The position numbers and the translations under genes are program-made. The notes beneath the pieces were generated by a model that saw only the letters and a list, made by a program, of their open reading frames with translations, was not told the origin of the DNA and made no database searches. A DNA stretch of 39,744 nucleotides from Dehalococcoidia bacterium (lineage in GTDB: Bacteria > Chloroflexota > Dehalococcoidia > Dehalococcoidales > BS750m-G39), in contig DAOWJM010000080.1 in the NCBI GenBank assembly GCA_030640325.1, forward strand, positions 1-39,744, written 5' to 3'. This document shows positions 16,585 through 25,507 of this stretch, piece after piece. Each line of letters starts with the position of its first letter. Position 1 is the stretch's first letter.

Positions 16585-17457
16585 TTGGCTAAAATGCTCA
16601 AATTGGGATTCATCGGAGCAGGAACTGTAGGCACTGCCCTCTCTGTGAGGCTGAACAGCAAGGGCTATCCCATAGTAGCAGTATCCAGCCGAAGCCGAAC
16701 CTCAGCCCAAAATCTGGCACGGGCAGTTGATGGCTGCCAGGTGTCCGATAATAACCAAGGTGTGGCTGACAATGCTGAGCTTATCTTCATTACTACCTCC
16801 GATGATGCTATCGCCTCGGTAGCTTCTCAAATACAGTGGCACCCCGGACAGAGTGTGGTTCATTGCAGCGGTGCTGCCTCCACAGACATTCTGCAACCAG
16901 CCAGGGAATTCGGGGCACAGGTTGGTGCCTTCCACCCCCTGCAGACCTTCGCCAGTGCCAAACAAGCCATAGAAAATATACCGGGCTCAACCTTTGCCCT
17001 TGAGGCTGAGGAGCCTTTGCTAAATATACTCAAGGATATGGCTTTTGCCCTTGATGGTCACTGGGTAGAGCTGAAGGCAAGCGATAAGGTAATCTATCAC
17101 GCCTCAGCAGTCATCGCCTGCAACTATATGGTAACCGTGGTCAAGCTAGCCACTGACCTGTGGCAAAGCTTCGCTGTCCCACCGCATCAAGCTACCCAGG
17201 CATTGCTGCCACTGTTGCGAGGGACACTCAATAACATTGATACCGTGGGAATACCCCAATGCCTCACCGGACCAATCGCTCGCGGAGACATCGGGACTAT
17301 TAAGAAGCACCTTGATGCTTTGCAAGAAAAAGTCCCTTCCCTGCTCCCCACCTACCGAGAGCTTGGTCTGCAGACTATCCCCATTGCCCTGGCAAAGGGA
17401 AAAATAAATCAACATCAGGCACAGGAGCTAAGGGCTGTCCTAGAACAACCCGACTAA
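16585..17457 (+). CDS. Rossmann-fold / DUF2520 oxidoreductase, likely the ketopantoate reductase of this operon (PanG-type, tentative)
   Basis: LGFIGAGTVGTALS dinucleotide fold. C-terminal CLTGPIARGDIGTIKKHLDAL is typical of DUF2520. It is the first gene of the panD-panB-panC operon. Start is TTG 16585 or ATG 16594. Confidence 0.75.
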   Translation: MAKMLKLGFIGAGTVGTALSVRLNSKGYPIVAVSSRSRTSAQNLARAVDGCQVSDNNQGVADNAELIFITTSDDAIASVASQIQWHPGQSVVHCSGAASTDILQPAREFGAQVGAFHPLQTFASAKQAIENIPGSTFALEAEEPLLNILKDMAFALDGHWVELKASDKVIYHASAVIACNYMVTVVKLATDLWQSFAVPPHQATQALLPLLRGTLNNIDTVGIPQCLTGPIARGDIGTIKKHLDALQEKVPSLLPTYRELGLQTIPIALAKGKINQHQAQELRAVLEQPD

Positions 17458-17482
17458 ATAAAAAATAGTTATGGAGGGTGTG

Positions 17483-17860
17483 ATGAGAGTAATGCTTAAA
17501 AGCAAAATCCACCGAGCTCATGTCACCGAGGTCAATATCGACTATGAAGGGAGCATTACCATTGACAAGAGGCTTATGCAAGAAGCCGACATTCTTCCTT
17601 ATGAGCAGGTTCAAGTGCTAAATATCAACAATGGTGCCCGTTTTGAGACCTATGCTATTGAAGCTGAGCCTGATAGTGGGGAGATTGGCATCCAGGGGGC
17701 TGCTGCCAGATTAGCCACCGTCGGAGACACGGTAATCATCCTTTCCTACTGTCAGGTTGAGGATAAAGAAGCCCATAATTTCGCCCCCAAATTGGTATAT
17801 GTTGATGACAAAAACGCCATCACTGAAACCAAGCGAGTGGTCGGGGCTACACCATTCTAG
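17483..17860 (+). CDS. panD: aspartate 1-decarboxylase
   Basis: [25 protein letters not shown] includes the Gly-Ser self-cleavage site. SD GGAGGG at 17473-17478 favours ATG 17483. Confidence 0.93.
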   Translation: MRVMLKSKIHRAHVTEVNIDYEGSITIDKRLMQEADILPYEQVQVLNINNGARFETYAIEAEPDSGEIGIQGAAARLATVGDTVIILSYCQVEDKEAHNFAPKLVYVDDKNAITETKRVVGATPF

Positions 17861-17871
17861 GAGAGGAATAA

Positions 17872-18702
17872 ATGCGTATAACCATAAATCAGATAAAAGA
17901 GATGAAGCAAAGGGGCGAGAAAATCACCATGCTCACCGCCTATGATTATTCCACCGCCAAGCTCGTTGATGAGGCGGGGATACCGCTAATTCTGGTGGGA
18001 GATAGTCTGGGCATGGTAGTCCTGGGTTACGAATCAACCATACCGGTAACTATGGAGGAGATGCTGCACCATACCAAGGCTGTGGTTAGAGGCACCAAAC
18101 AGGCGATGGTAATTGGTGATATGCCTTTTATGACCTACCACATAAGTGTTGATGATGCCCTATATAATGCCGCCCGTTTTATTCAGGAGGGTGGCGCCCA
18201 GGCAGTTAAGCTTGAGGGTGGTGTAACTGTGGCGGAAAAGGTAAGCCGAATTGTGGAATGCGGCATTCCGGTTATGGGTCACATAGGACTTACCCCCCAG
18301 TCAATCTACCAACTAGGTGGCTTCACGGTGCAGGGTAAAACCCAGGAGGCAGCCGCCAGGCTGCTTGAAGACGCCCGGGCTCTGGAGGAGGCTGGAGCCT
18401 TTTCCATTGTCCTGGAGACAGTCCCCGCCCAGCTAGCCAAGATAATCACGGAAAAGGTCAACGTCCCCACCATCGGCATTGGTGCCGGCATAGACTGCGA
18501 TGGTCAGGTTCAGGTCATCAACGACATTCTGGGTTCGTTCACCGATTTTGTCCCCAAGCACGCCAAGCAATATGCCAAGCTCACCGATATTATCTCCAAA
18601 GCAGTCACTCAATATCACGACGAGGTGAAAGCGGGCAGCTTCCCCACCGAGAAGCAAAGCTTCTCTATAGATGAAAGCGTATTGGCTGAGCTAACCAAAT
18701 AG
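17872..18702 (+). CDS. panB: 3-methyl-2-oxobutanoate hydroxymethyltransferase
   Basis: [49 protein letters not shown]. Confidence 0.95.
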   Translation: MRITINQIKEMKQRGEKITMLTAYDYSTAKLVDEAGIPLILVGDSLGMVVLGYESTIPVTMEEMLHHTKAVVRGTKQAMVIGDMPFMTYHISVDDALYNAARFIQEGGAQAVKLEGGVTVAEKVSRIVECGIPVMGHIGLTPQSIYQLGGFTVQGKTQEAAARLLEDARALEEAGAFSIVLETVPAQLAKIITEKVNVPTIGIGAGIDCDGQVQVINDILGSFTDFVPKHAKQYAKLTDIISKAVTQYHDEVKAGSFPTEKQSFSIDESVLAELTK

Positions 18703-18752
18703 TCCACTTTTTCTGAAGAAACCAATTCTCCCCCAATCCTTTTACATCTATT

Positions 18753-18876
18753 CCCACCCGCCTCCCTTAAGGAGGGGGACAAAAGGAAGAGTTTTAGAGA
18801 GGCGAAGCCTCTAATGGGCGGGTGGGTGGGAAGAAAGACACCTAAAAATGGAGGGACAAAGGGGGTGAGGTAGATA
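18753..18876 (+). repeat. GC-rich hairpin repeat element, copy 2, inserted between panB and panC
   Basis: 10-bp long-range stem CCCACCCGCC (18753-18762) / GGCGGGTGGG (18817-18826). Inner hairpin AGAGGC GAA GCCTCT (18798-18812). Terminal module AAGGGGGTGAGGTAGATA (18859-18876). Confidence 0.7.
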
Positions 18877-18885
18877 ACATTCTCT

Positions 18886-19719
18886 ATGATGGTCGTTGAA
18901 ACAATAGCCGATATGAAAAGGTTGAGGCTCAAGCTCACCGAGCCGGTTGGCTTTGTTCCCACCATGGGCTATCTCCACGAGGGTCATCTGGCTCTAGTCA
19001 GACAAGCCAGAGCAGAAAACCCCTCGGTAGTGGTTAGCATCTTTGTTAATCCCACCCAGTTTGGTCAAGAGGAGGACTTTACTAAATACCCCCGCGACCC
19101 CCAGCGTGACCTGGCTCTGCTACAAAAGGAACGGGTTGATATTGTCTTTATGCCCTCAGTAGATAAGATGTATCCGCCAAAGTTCAAGAACTGGGTGGAG
19201 GTTGGGAAGGTCGCCGAAAGATTGGAGGGTGCTTCCCGCCCCGGTCATTTCAGGGGTGTTGCCACAGTGGTTGCCCGGCTATTTGACATCATCCAGCCAG
19301 ATAGAGCCTACTTCGGGCAGAAGGATGCCCAGCAGCTACTGGTTATCAAAAAGATGGTGGTTGACCTTAATCTGAGCGTGGAGATAGTCGCCGTGCCCAC
19401 GGTGCGTGAGCCCGACGGTCTAGCGATGAGCAGTCGCAATACCTACCTCAATCCTGAAGAACGAAAGGCAGCATTAGTTTTATATCAGGCACTTAGCTTG
19501 GCTCAAAAGCTATGGTCGCAGGGTGAAAAGGATGCTGAGCGCCTGCGCCAAGAGATGACAGACCTCATTCAGAAACAGCCCTTGGCGGAAATTGATTATA
19601 TCAGCATAGCCGACGCCGAGACCCTGGACGAACTGGACACAGTCAGACCCCCGGCACTGGTGTCACTGGCAGTAAAAATCGGCAAGACGAGGTTGATAGA
19701 TAATGTTGTGGTGGGATAA
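18886..19719 (+). CDS. panC: pantoate--beta-alanine ligase
   Basis: GFVPTMGYLHEGHLALVRQA (HIGH-type motif) and the remainder typical of PanC. Confidence 0.95.
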   Translation: MMVVETIADMKRLRLKLTEPVGFVPTMGYLHEGHLALVRQARAENPSVVVSIFVNPTQFGQEEDFTKYPRDPQRDLALLQKERVDIVFMPSVDKMYPPKFKNWVEVGKVAERLEGASRPGHFRGVATVVARLFDIIQPDRAYFGQKDAQQLLVIKKMVVDLNLSVEIVAVPTVREPDGLAMSSRNTYLNPEERKAALVLYQALSLAQKLWSQGEKDAERLRQEMTDLIQKQPLAEIDYISIADAETLDELDTVRPPALVSLAVKIGKTRLIDNVVVG

Positions 19720-19838
19720 GATTTGAATAGGACTTCAAGCTCTACTCCGTTATTATTAACTAATGTACTTACTTTCACTTGGTGTCACTTTGGGTTATAC
19801 TTTATCTATAAGTAGCAACACAGACGAGGTGCCGATAA

Positions 19839-20570
19839 GTGTTTCGTTATACATTACTAGTTTTAGCATGGATTTTCCTTTTGGTAATTAACATCATTTT
19901 GTGGGTTAATAATGGTAGCCCAAATATTGTAGCGTTAGGCATCCTAGCGACGCTCTCCATCGTACCCGTAGTTAATTGGCTAAAAATAGGCAATTTGTTT
20001 GAGTTTCGAAAGAAAGCCGGTGATGAAGTTACTAGCATGCAAGATAGAATAGTCAATATAGGTCATTTAAACCTTGAATTAACGAGCGAAGAAGCAGCAA
20101 GAGCTTTTGCTAAAAGTCTTGTTCCCGAATCCAAAGAGGAATTGACTGAAGAAAACAAACAATTAATAGAATTTATTTATAATGCTGACCAAGCAATTGC
20201 ATCAATACTACCGTTACTACGGATATGGTATATTGCTGTCGAGGTAAAAATTAAAAATAAACCAGCGATGCCTAAAGAGCTGGCGAAAGTTATAGACATA
20301 GATGCTCTGTCACTCGTCAACGAAGTCAAAGCAAATGCCGATAAAATATTAACACTTAATGATAGTGACAAAAAACTTGAAGAATTACTAAAACCCGCTG
20401 AAAGACTGATAACGTTGCGGCAAGCTATTGACGAAAATACGGCTTTGCCACCTGCTATGGAAGAAGCCAAGAAACTAGTTCGCGACGTCTATAAGGCTAC
20501 AACTTTTCTAACAGGTGCAGTTTCGCAAGCAGTGGCAATTTTACTTACGCCACCTCGCAGAAAAACCTGA
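19839..20570 (+). CDS. hypothetical membrane protein (2 N-terminal TM segments plus a helical soluble domain), AT-rich orphan
   Basis: GTG start. Two hydrophobic helices are followed by about 170 aa of charged helical sequence. I recognise no family. Local G+C is visibly lower than in the flanks. Confidence 0.5.
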   Translation: MFRYTLLVLAWIFLLVINIILWVNNGSPNIVALGILATLSIVPVVNWLKIGNLFEFRKKAGDEVTSMQDRIVNIGHLNLELTSEEAARAFAKSLVPESKEELTEENKQLIEFIYNADQAIASILPLLRIWYIAVEVKIKNKPAMPKELAKVIDIDALSLVNEVKANADKILTLNDSDKKLEELLKPAERLITLRQAIDENTALPPAMEEAKKLVRDVYKATTFLTGAVSQAVAILLTPPRRKT

Positions 20571-20609
20571 CTATTAAAAAATTGCATCCCCCACCTATTG
20601 TTTACACCC

Positions 20610-21833
20610 CTACTCCCTCACCAGCCCCATAATCCCCAGCATAGCTATAAAAGCAAGACCGGCGCCAAAGTAGAAGGGAGCGGCAGGACTGTAAGCCTGC
20701 CATAGCCAGCCAGCAATGAGGCTAGCGGGCAAAAGGGTGAGACCCACCACCCCGTGATATAGTCCGTAGGCGGTGCCTCTCTTCTCCTCGGGAACCAAAT
20801 CAGCGACAAAGGCTCGTGCCACCCCTTCTACTATTCCATAATAAACTCCGTAACAGGCAAACAGCAGCCAGACCTGCCACATCTCTGATGCCATGGCAAA
20901 TCCCAGATAAACCAGGGCATAGATAAACCAGCCCAGGGTGATAACCCGCCGCCTCCCCAGCCGGTCAGAAAGCATCCCCGCCGGTAAAGAGGTAGCTGCA
21001 TAGGTAATATTAAACAGGACCAGCATCAATACCACATAGATAACCGATGAGCCCAGATTTTGCGCCCTTAAGATAACAAAGAAATCGCTGGAATTACCCA
21101 GGGTAAATACCGCCATAATCGCCAGAAATAGCTTGAAGCGGGTATCAAAGCCACCTCCCCCTTTGAAACCCACCTGAGAGCCAATATCACCTGACGAAGG
21201 TTTCCTTCGCTCCCTAACAAAAAATAGCAGCACCAATACCGCCAGCACTGCCGGCACCACGCCCACCAATACCAGCCATTGGTAAGTCTCCCGGCTGAGC
21301 GCCAGCTCTCCACCCTGAACCAAGTATATAATGATAGCGGCTATTGCCAGCCCCAGGACAGCACCAAAGGTATCCATAGCCCGGTGCAAGCCAAAGCCCT
21401 TGCCCCTTTCCTCGGCGGAGACCGAATCAGCAATCAGGGCATCACGGGATGAACTGCGGACGCCCTTCCCCACCCTATCGCCGAATCTAATCCCCAGCAC
21501 TGCGCCCCAGCTACTCGCCAGATACATAAAGGGCTTAGCTATGGTAGAAATACTGTAGCCCAATACTGCCAGAGGCTTGCGCTTTCCCAACCTGTCGCTG
21601 AGCCAGCCACTAAATATCCTGAAGATAGCGTCAACACTTTCAGAAAGCCCTCCGATGAGACCTATAATAGTGAATGGTGCTATTAACACATTGCGCAAAA
21701 AGAGGGGAACGAGGGTAAAAATCATCTCGCTTGAGACATCAGTCAGCAGACTGACTATACCCAGAAAGAAGACATTTGGGTTAAGACCCCAGATTCTCTT
21801 GCGGCTGGTATCAGCGGTTGAAGGTTCTACCAA
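20610..21833 (-). CDS. MFS transporter
   Basis: 12 TM segments. GWLSDRLGKRKP and MLSDRLGRRR loop motifs. Confidence 0.9.
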   Translation of the reverse strand: MVEPSTADTSRKRIWGLNPNVFFLGIVSLLTDVSSEMIFTLVPLFLRNVLIAPFTIIGLIGGLSESVDAIFRIFSGWLSDRLGKRKPLAVLGYSISTIAKPFMYLASSWGAVLGIRFGDRVGKGVRSSSRDALIADSVSAEERGKGFGLHRAMDTFGAVLGLAIAAIIIYLVQGGELALSRETYQWLVLVGVVPAVLAVLVLLFFVRERRKPSSGDIGSQVGFKGGGGFDTRFKLFLAIMAVFTLGNSSDFFVILRAQNLGSSVIYVVLMLVLFNITYAATSLPAGMLSDRLGRRRVITLGWFIYALVYLGFAMASEMWQVWLLFACYGVYYGIVEGVARAFVADLVPEEKRGTAYGLYHGVVGLTLLPASLIAGWLWQAYSPAAPFYFGAGLAFIAMLGIMGLVRE

Positions 21834-22151
21834 CTACTTCTCCTCAATGACCTCGGTAACCAACTCCCGGATTTTTTCCCGGGCTTCATTCAGAGCACCT
21901 ATGCCCTTTTCGGTGATGGCATAATAGTTGCGCACCTTCCCCGCTACCACCCTAGACTGCCGCTTCAAATAGCCGTCCTTTTCCAACCGATGCAGCGTGG
22001 GATAAAGAGTCCCTGGACTGAGCCGATACCCATGCCGACCAAGTTCTTCTCCAATCTCAACGCCGTAGATTGGCTCCTTTGAAGCGTGATATAGGATGTG
22101 AATCTTTATAAATCCCAAAAAGAAATCCTTCAGCACGCTAGCCTCTTTCAT
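21834..22151 (-). CDS. PadR family transcriptional regulator
   Basis: PIYGVEIGEELGRHGYRLSPGTLYPTLHRLEKDGYL. The stop abuts the MFS start. I prefer ATG 22151 because a consensus promoter lies inside the longer track ORF. Confidence 0.85.
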   Translation of the reverse strand: MKEASVLKDFFLGFIKIHILYHASKEPIYGVEIGEELGRHGYRLSPGTLYPTLHRLEKDGYLKRQSRVVAGKVRNYYAITEKGIGALNEAREKIRELVTEVIEEK

Positions 22152-22202
22152 TATCGTATAACGATATCGCCTTATGATATCACGGTCAGCCCTGCCTGTC
22201 AA
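22152..22202 (-). promoter_or_regulatory. putative padR promoter (TTGACA-17-TGaTATCAT) plus a 15-nt palindrome abutting the start codon
   Basis: On the minus strand: TTGACA 22202-22197 and TATCAT 22179-22174. Palindrome TATCGTATAACGATA at 22152-22166 sits directly 5' of ATG 22151. Confidence 0.45.
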
Positions 22203-22230
22203 GCCCTTCATAAGACTCAAACACAGTTGC

Positions 22231-22259
22231 TTGACACTGATATGGTTAATAGCTACAAT
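22231..22259 (+). promoter_or_regulatory. promoter of the tRNA array (TTGACA-17-TACAAT)
   Basis: TTGACA at 22231-22236 and TACAAT at 22254-22259. tRNA-Phe starts 10 nt downstream. Confidence 0.6.
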
Positions 22260-22268
22260 AATTTCTGC

Positions 22269-22344
<76 letters not shown>

Positions 22345-22352
22345 AAATAAAA

Positions 22353-22427
22353 GCGGAAGTGGCTCAGCGGTAGAGCATCTCCTTGCCAAGGAGAGGGTCA
22401 CGAGTTCGAATCTCGTCTTCCGCTCCA
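22353..22427 (+). tRNA. tRNA-Gly (GCC)
   Basis: GCGGAAG..TCTCC TTGCCAA GGAGA..ACGAG TTCGAAT CTCGT CTTCCGC T CCA. Confidence 0.95.
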
Positions 22428-22439
22428 TTTGGGTTATGA

Positions 22440-22525
22440 GCCGAAGTGGCGGAATAGGCAGACGCGGCAGTCTCAAAAACTGTTGGAGGGCGACCTCCAT
22501 GTCGGTTCGAGCCCGACCTTCGGCA
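22440..22525 (+). tRNA. tRNA-Leu (CAA), type II, no encoded CCA
   Basis: GCCGAAG..GCAGT CTCAAAA ACTGT, variable arm GGAGG GCGA CCTCC, GTCGG TTCGAGC CCGAC CTTCGGC A. Confidence 0.93.
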
Positions 22526-22535
22526 CTATATAGAA

Positions 22536-22609
22536 TGCCGAGTTGTGTAGTGGTAGCACGGGGGACTTTGGATCCCTTAGCCCTGGTTCGAATCCAGGCT
22601 CGGCAGCCA
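22536..22609 (+). tRNA. tRNA-Gln (UUG)
   Basis: TGCCGAG..GGGGA CTTTGGA TCCCT..CCTGG TTCGAAT CCAGG CTCGGCA G CCA. The U1:A72 pair is typical of bacterial tRNA-Gln. Confidence 0.93.
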
Positions 22610-22633
22610 GTGCCTCCTACGGAATACATCAAC

Positions 22634-23230
22634 TTAAATTAGACCAAAAAGATAAAAGGCAACAACCACAATCGCAGCCGCCAGGGTAGCACCGGCAGCT
22701 ACCTGAGCCGGTGAGTGATGACCCGATTCTATCCTTGCCCAGGCTATCAGAGGCAAGAAAGCCACGCTTATCGCACCTATCAAGCCATATAAAATAACCA
22801 ATATTGTCGCTGAAGCAGCTACAAAGGCGATATGAAGGCTTATCTTCCACAAAAGATTTACACACATAAACACGACTATTGCTGAAAGTCCAGCTACAAA
22901 TGTAGCCCTCAGCACCAACGGCGCCCCAAGATAGGTGATAATGACACCACCCACAACAGCACAAACACCCGCCAGCAAGTATATCTTAGTCCTCTGCTTA
23001 CGAACATTGGTGAAGATACCATCAAGCCTACCCCTTCTAGCCAGATAAACCACAACTAAAAAAACTGGCAGTATACCGACAGCTATTAAAATCAGCGACC
23101 ATTTGAGGGCATCAACTATGCTAGACGCTGATTCAAACGAAAGCAAAAGGATTATTATCAGACTCACCGAGAAGGGATTCAGGATATTAGAGGTCAGGTT
23201 AGCTATCTGCTTTCTGGTCTCAATTTGCAT
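22634..23230 (-). CDS. polytopic membrane protein, weakly PAP2-phosphatase-like (tentative)
   Basis: Six hydrophobic segments. WARIESGHHSPAQVAAG resembles PAP2 motif C3 (SR.....H...D) but has Q at the Asp position. Confidence 0.5.
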   Translation of the reverse strand: MQIETRKQIANLTSNILNPFSVSLIIILLLSFESASSIVDALKWSLILIAVGILPVFLVVVYLARRGRLDGIFTNVRKQRTKIYLLAGVCAVVGGVIITYLGAPLVLRATFVAGLSAIVVFMCVNLLWKISLHIAFVAASATILVILYGLIGAISVAFLPLIAWARIESGHHSPAQVAAGATLAAAIVVVAFYLFGLI

Positions 23231-23366
23231 CTTCCAAAGGCTCTACCAAGTCAGTAACAACCATGCATTATACAGTATTAACCTGTGGTATGTCTTTTAC
23301 CAAGAGGTCATTTATCGGGGGAAGTTTTGAAAGGGGTGAGGTCGATAAACAATCTCATAAGCGTGC

Positions 23367-23395
23367 TTGACTAATCCGGTACCTCATTATATCCT
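23367..23395 (+). promoter_or_regulatory. putative promoter (TTGACT-17-TATCCT) just upstream of the ABC ATPase
   Basis: TTGACT at 23367-23372 and TATCCT at 23390-23395. ATG 23407 follows 11 nt later with no SD. Confidence 0.35.
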
Positions 23396-23406
23396 TGTTT
23401 GCAACT

Positions 23407-24165
23407 ATGGTAAAGAAGGAACTTGCCAGACTAGCGGTTGAGGTAAATAAGGCTTCGTTCAGCTACAATAATATAAAGGCAATTGATGAGCTATCACTAC
23501 AGGTGCCTAGCGGTATAAGCTTCGGATTACTTGGACCAAATGGTGCCGGAAAAACCACGCTTATTCGGCTGCTGGTCGGTCTCTTAAAGCCAAAATCCGG
23601 CAGCGTTCGGATATTAGGAAAGACACCCTCCAGAAAAACTGCTCACCTTATTGGCTATATGCCACAACTCCATTCCCTCTACACTGAGCTGTCGGTTATC
23701 CAGAATGTAGACTTCTTTGCCCGGGTTTATCAGTTAACCGATAAGCACAAGCGAGCCCAGCGGGTAGAAGACGCCATCAGATTGGTTGACATGTGGCAGC
23801 GCCACAAAGACCCTGTGCTAAAGCTGAGCGGCGGAATGAAACAGAGGGTTAGCCTGGCTTGCGCTATAGTTCACAACCCACCCCTACTTTTCCTTGATGA
23901 GCCCACTGTTGGTCTTGACCCTGAGCTAAGGGTTACCTTCTGGGAGCATTTTGCCACTCTGACCAAACAGGGCATTACCCTTGTTATTTCCAGTCATACT
24001 ATGGATGATGCTGCCCACTGTGACCGCCTTGCCTTTATGCGTGATGGCAAGGTCATTGCCCAGGGCACTCCCAGTGAGCTACAACAAGCTACCGGCAAAC
24101 CCGGCGCCACTCTAGAAGACGCCTTTCTCTATTTTATCCACCGTGAGGATAGAAGTGATTCCTAG
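23407..24165 (+). CDS. ABC transporter ATP-binding protein
   Basis: Walker A GPNGAGKTT, signature LSGGMKQR, Walker B LLFLDEP. The track start TTG 23395 is possible. Confidence 0.93.
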   Translation: MVKKELARLAVEVNKASFSYNNIKAIDELSLQVPSGISFGLLGPNGAGKTTLIRLLVGLLKPKSGSVRILGKTPSRKTAHLIGYMPQLHSLYTELSVIQNVDFFARVYQLTDKHKRAQRVEDAIRLVDMWQRHKDPVLKLSGGMKQRVSLACAIVHNPPLLFLDEPTVGLDPELRVTFWEHFATLTKQGITLVISSHTMDDAAHCDRLAFMRDGKVIAQGTPSELQQATGKPGATLEDAFLYFIHREDRSDS

Positions 24166-24892
24166 CCAAGTGTTTACCATTGCCACCAGGATTATACACC
24201 AGCTAATACGAGACCGCAGAACAATGGCCTTGATTCTGATTGTACCATTGGTGGTAATGACCCTCATCGGTTTAAGCTTCCCCGAAAGCAGTGTTCTGGA
24301 TTATATAGCCCCGGCACTGCTGGCAACACTGGCGCTATTCTTCAGTTTCTTGCTTACCGGGATTAGCTTCCTGAGGGAACGCTCTCAGGGTACTATGGAG
24401 CGCCTGATGGCATCACCAGTGTCACGCCTGGATATAGTGGTTGGCTATCTATTTGGCTTTTTTATATTCGCTTTGACCCAGACGCTAATTGTACTCCTGT
24501 TCACTATTTATGTACTGGATGTCCACTACTACGGGGATTTGTGGCAAATTTTCGTTTTTCAGATTGTGGTAATAACTGGTGCGGTTAATTTAGGCATATT
24601 TATATCGACCTTTGCCCGAAACGAGTTCCAGATGGTTCAGTTCATCCCCTTAATCATACTCCCTCAGATATTCCTCTGCGGGGTTATCTGGCCGGTGGAG
24701 CAAATGCCCAATTACCTACAGTGGCTATCAGCAATACTACCTCTGACCTATGCCGTGGATGGACTCCGGGATATTATGCTCGCTGGCAAGAGCTTGCTCG
24801 ATGTCGGATTTGAGCTAGCAGTTCTGGTTGGCTTTGCTGTCATCATATCAATCGTGGCAGCTATTACCATCAGGAGAGGTGCTGCCAGCTAG
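24143..24892 (+). CDS. ABC-2 type transporter permease
   Basis: Six TM segments, overlaps the ATPase 3' end, ABC-2 family layout. Confidence 0.85.
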   Translation: MRIEVIPSQVFTIATRIIHQLIRDRRTMALILIVPLVVMTLIGLSFPESSVLDYIAPALLATLALFFSFLLTGISFLRERSQGTMERLMASPVSRLDIVVGYLFGFFIFALTQTLIVLLFTIYVLDVHYYGDLWQIFVFQIVVITGAVNLGIFISTFARNEFQMVQFIPLIILPQIFLCGVIWPVEQMPNYLQWLSAILPLTYAVDGLRDIMLAGKSLLDVGFELAVLVGFAVIISIVAAITIRRGAAS

Positions 24893-24909
24893 CACAAGAA
24901 CTCAGTTCC

Positions 24910-24939
24910 TTGACAGTGCATATATTGATATGCTATTCT
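24910..24939 (+). promoter_or_regulatory. putative promoter (TTGACA-18-TGcTATTCT)
   Basis: TTGACA at 24910-24915 and an extended -10 TGcTATTCT ending at 24939. Upstream of the DUF134 gene. Confidence 0.4.
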
Positions 24940-24994
24940 AATTACGAACGTATGTCCATAATTAGCTTTTGGACTTTCAGGGAGAACGAGCACT

Positions 24995-25459
24995 ATGGGT
25001 AGAACGCCGAAATGGCGCCGGGTTACCTTTATACCAGAGATAACCTACTTCAAGCCTGTCGGGTCTCACCTCAAGATTCCCGAAGAGGTCAATCTCTCCA
25101 TTGAAGAAGCCGAGGCTATACACCTCAACGACCTTAAGGGGCTGGTGCAGGAAGAATGCGCTCAGAGGATGAGCATCTCACGACCAACCTTTCACCGGGT
25201 GCTGGCATCGGCTCGAAGTAAGCTAGCTGATGCCCTGCTCAACGGGAAGGCGATACGGATTGAAGGGGGCAACTTTGAGATGGCAATTCGCCGCTTCCAC
25301 TGTCTTAACGGTCACGAATGGGATGTTCCCTTTGAGACCCTGATAGCTGCGCCTCCCCACTTCTGCCCTACATGTAACACTCCCAACATCCTGCCCCTCC
25401 AGCCCCATGCACCTGGCTGGGGAAAGCGCCGCAGAGGGAGACACAGCCAAAGTAGTTAA
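24995..25459 (+). CDS. DUF134 (UPF0251) predicted DNA-binding protein with a C-terminal zinc-ribbon extension
   Basis: MGRTPKWRRVTFIPEITYFKP..LSIEEAEAIHLNDLKGLVQEECAQRMSISRPTFHRVLASARSKLADAL is the DUF134 core. The tail carries HCLNGH..FCPTCN. Confidence 0.8.
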   Translation: MGRTPKWRRVTFIPEITYFKPVGSHLKIPEEVNLSIEEAEAIHLNDLKGLVQEECAQRMSISRPTFHRVLASARSKLADALLNGKAIRIEGGNFEMAIRRFHCLNGHEWDVPFETLIAAPPHFCPTCNTPNILPLQPHAPGWGKRRRGRHSQSS

Positions 25460-25507
25460 GACCAGAGGCTATTTGAGACAGTAAGAAGGTGGTGCGGAGG
25501 ATTTTTC

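Noticed and set aside
18615-18965. 116-aa minus-strand ORF spanning the panB-panC spacer.
   Set aside because: It overlaps the panB 3' end and the panC 5' end and is otherwise made of the GC-rich repeat element. The low-complexity translation is typical of such repeats.
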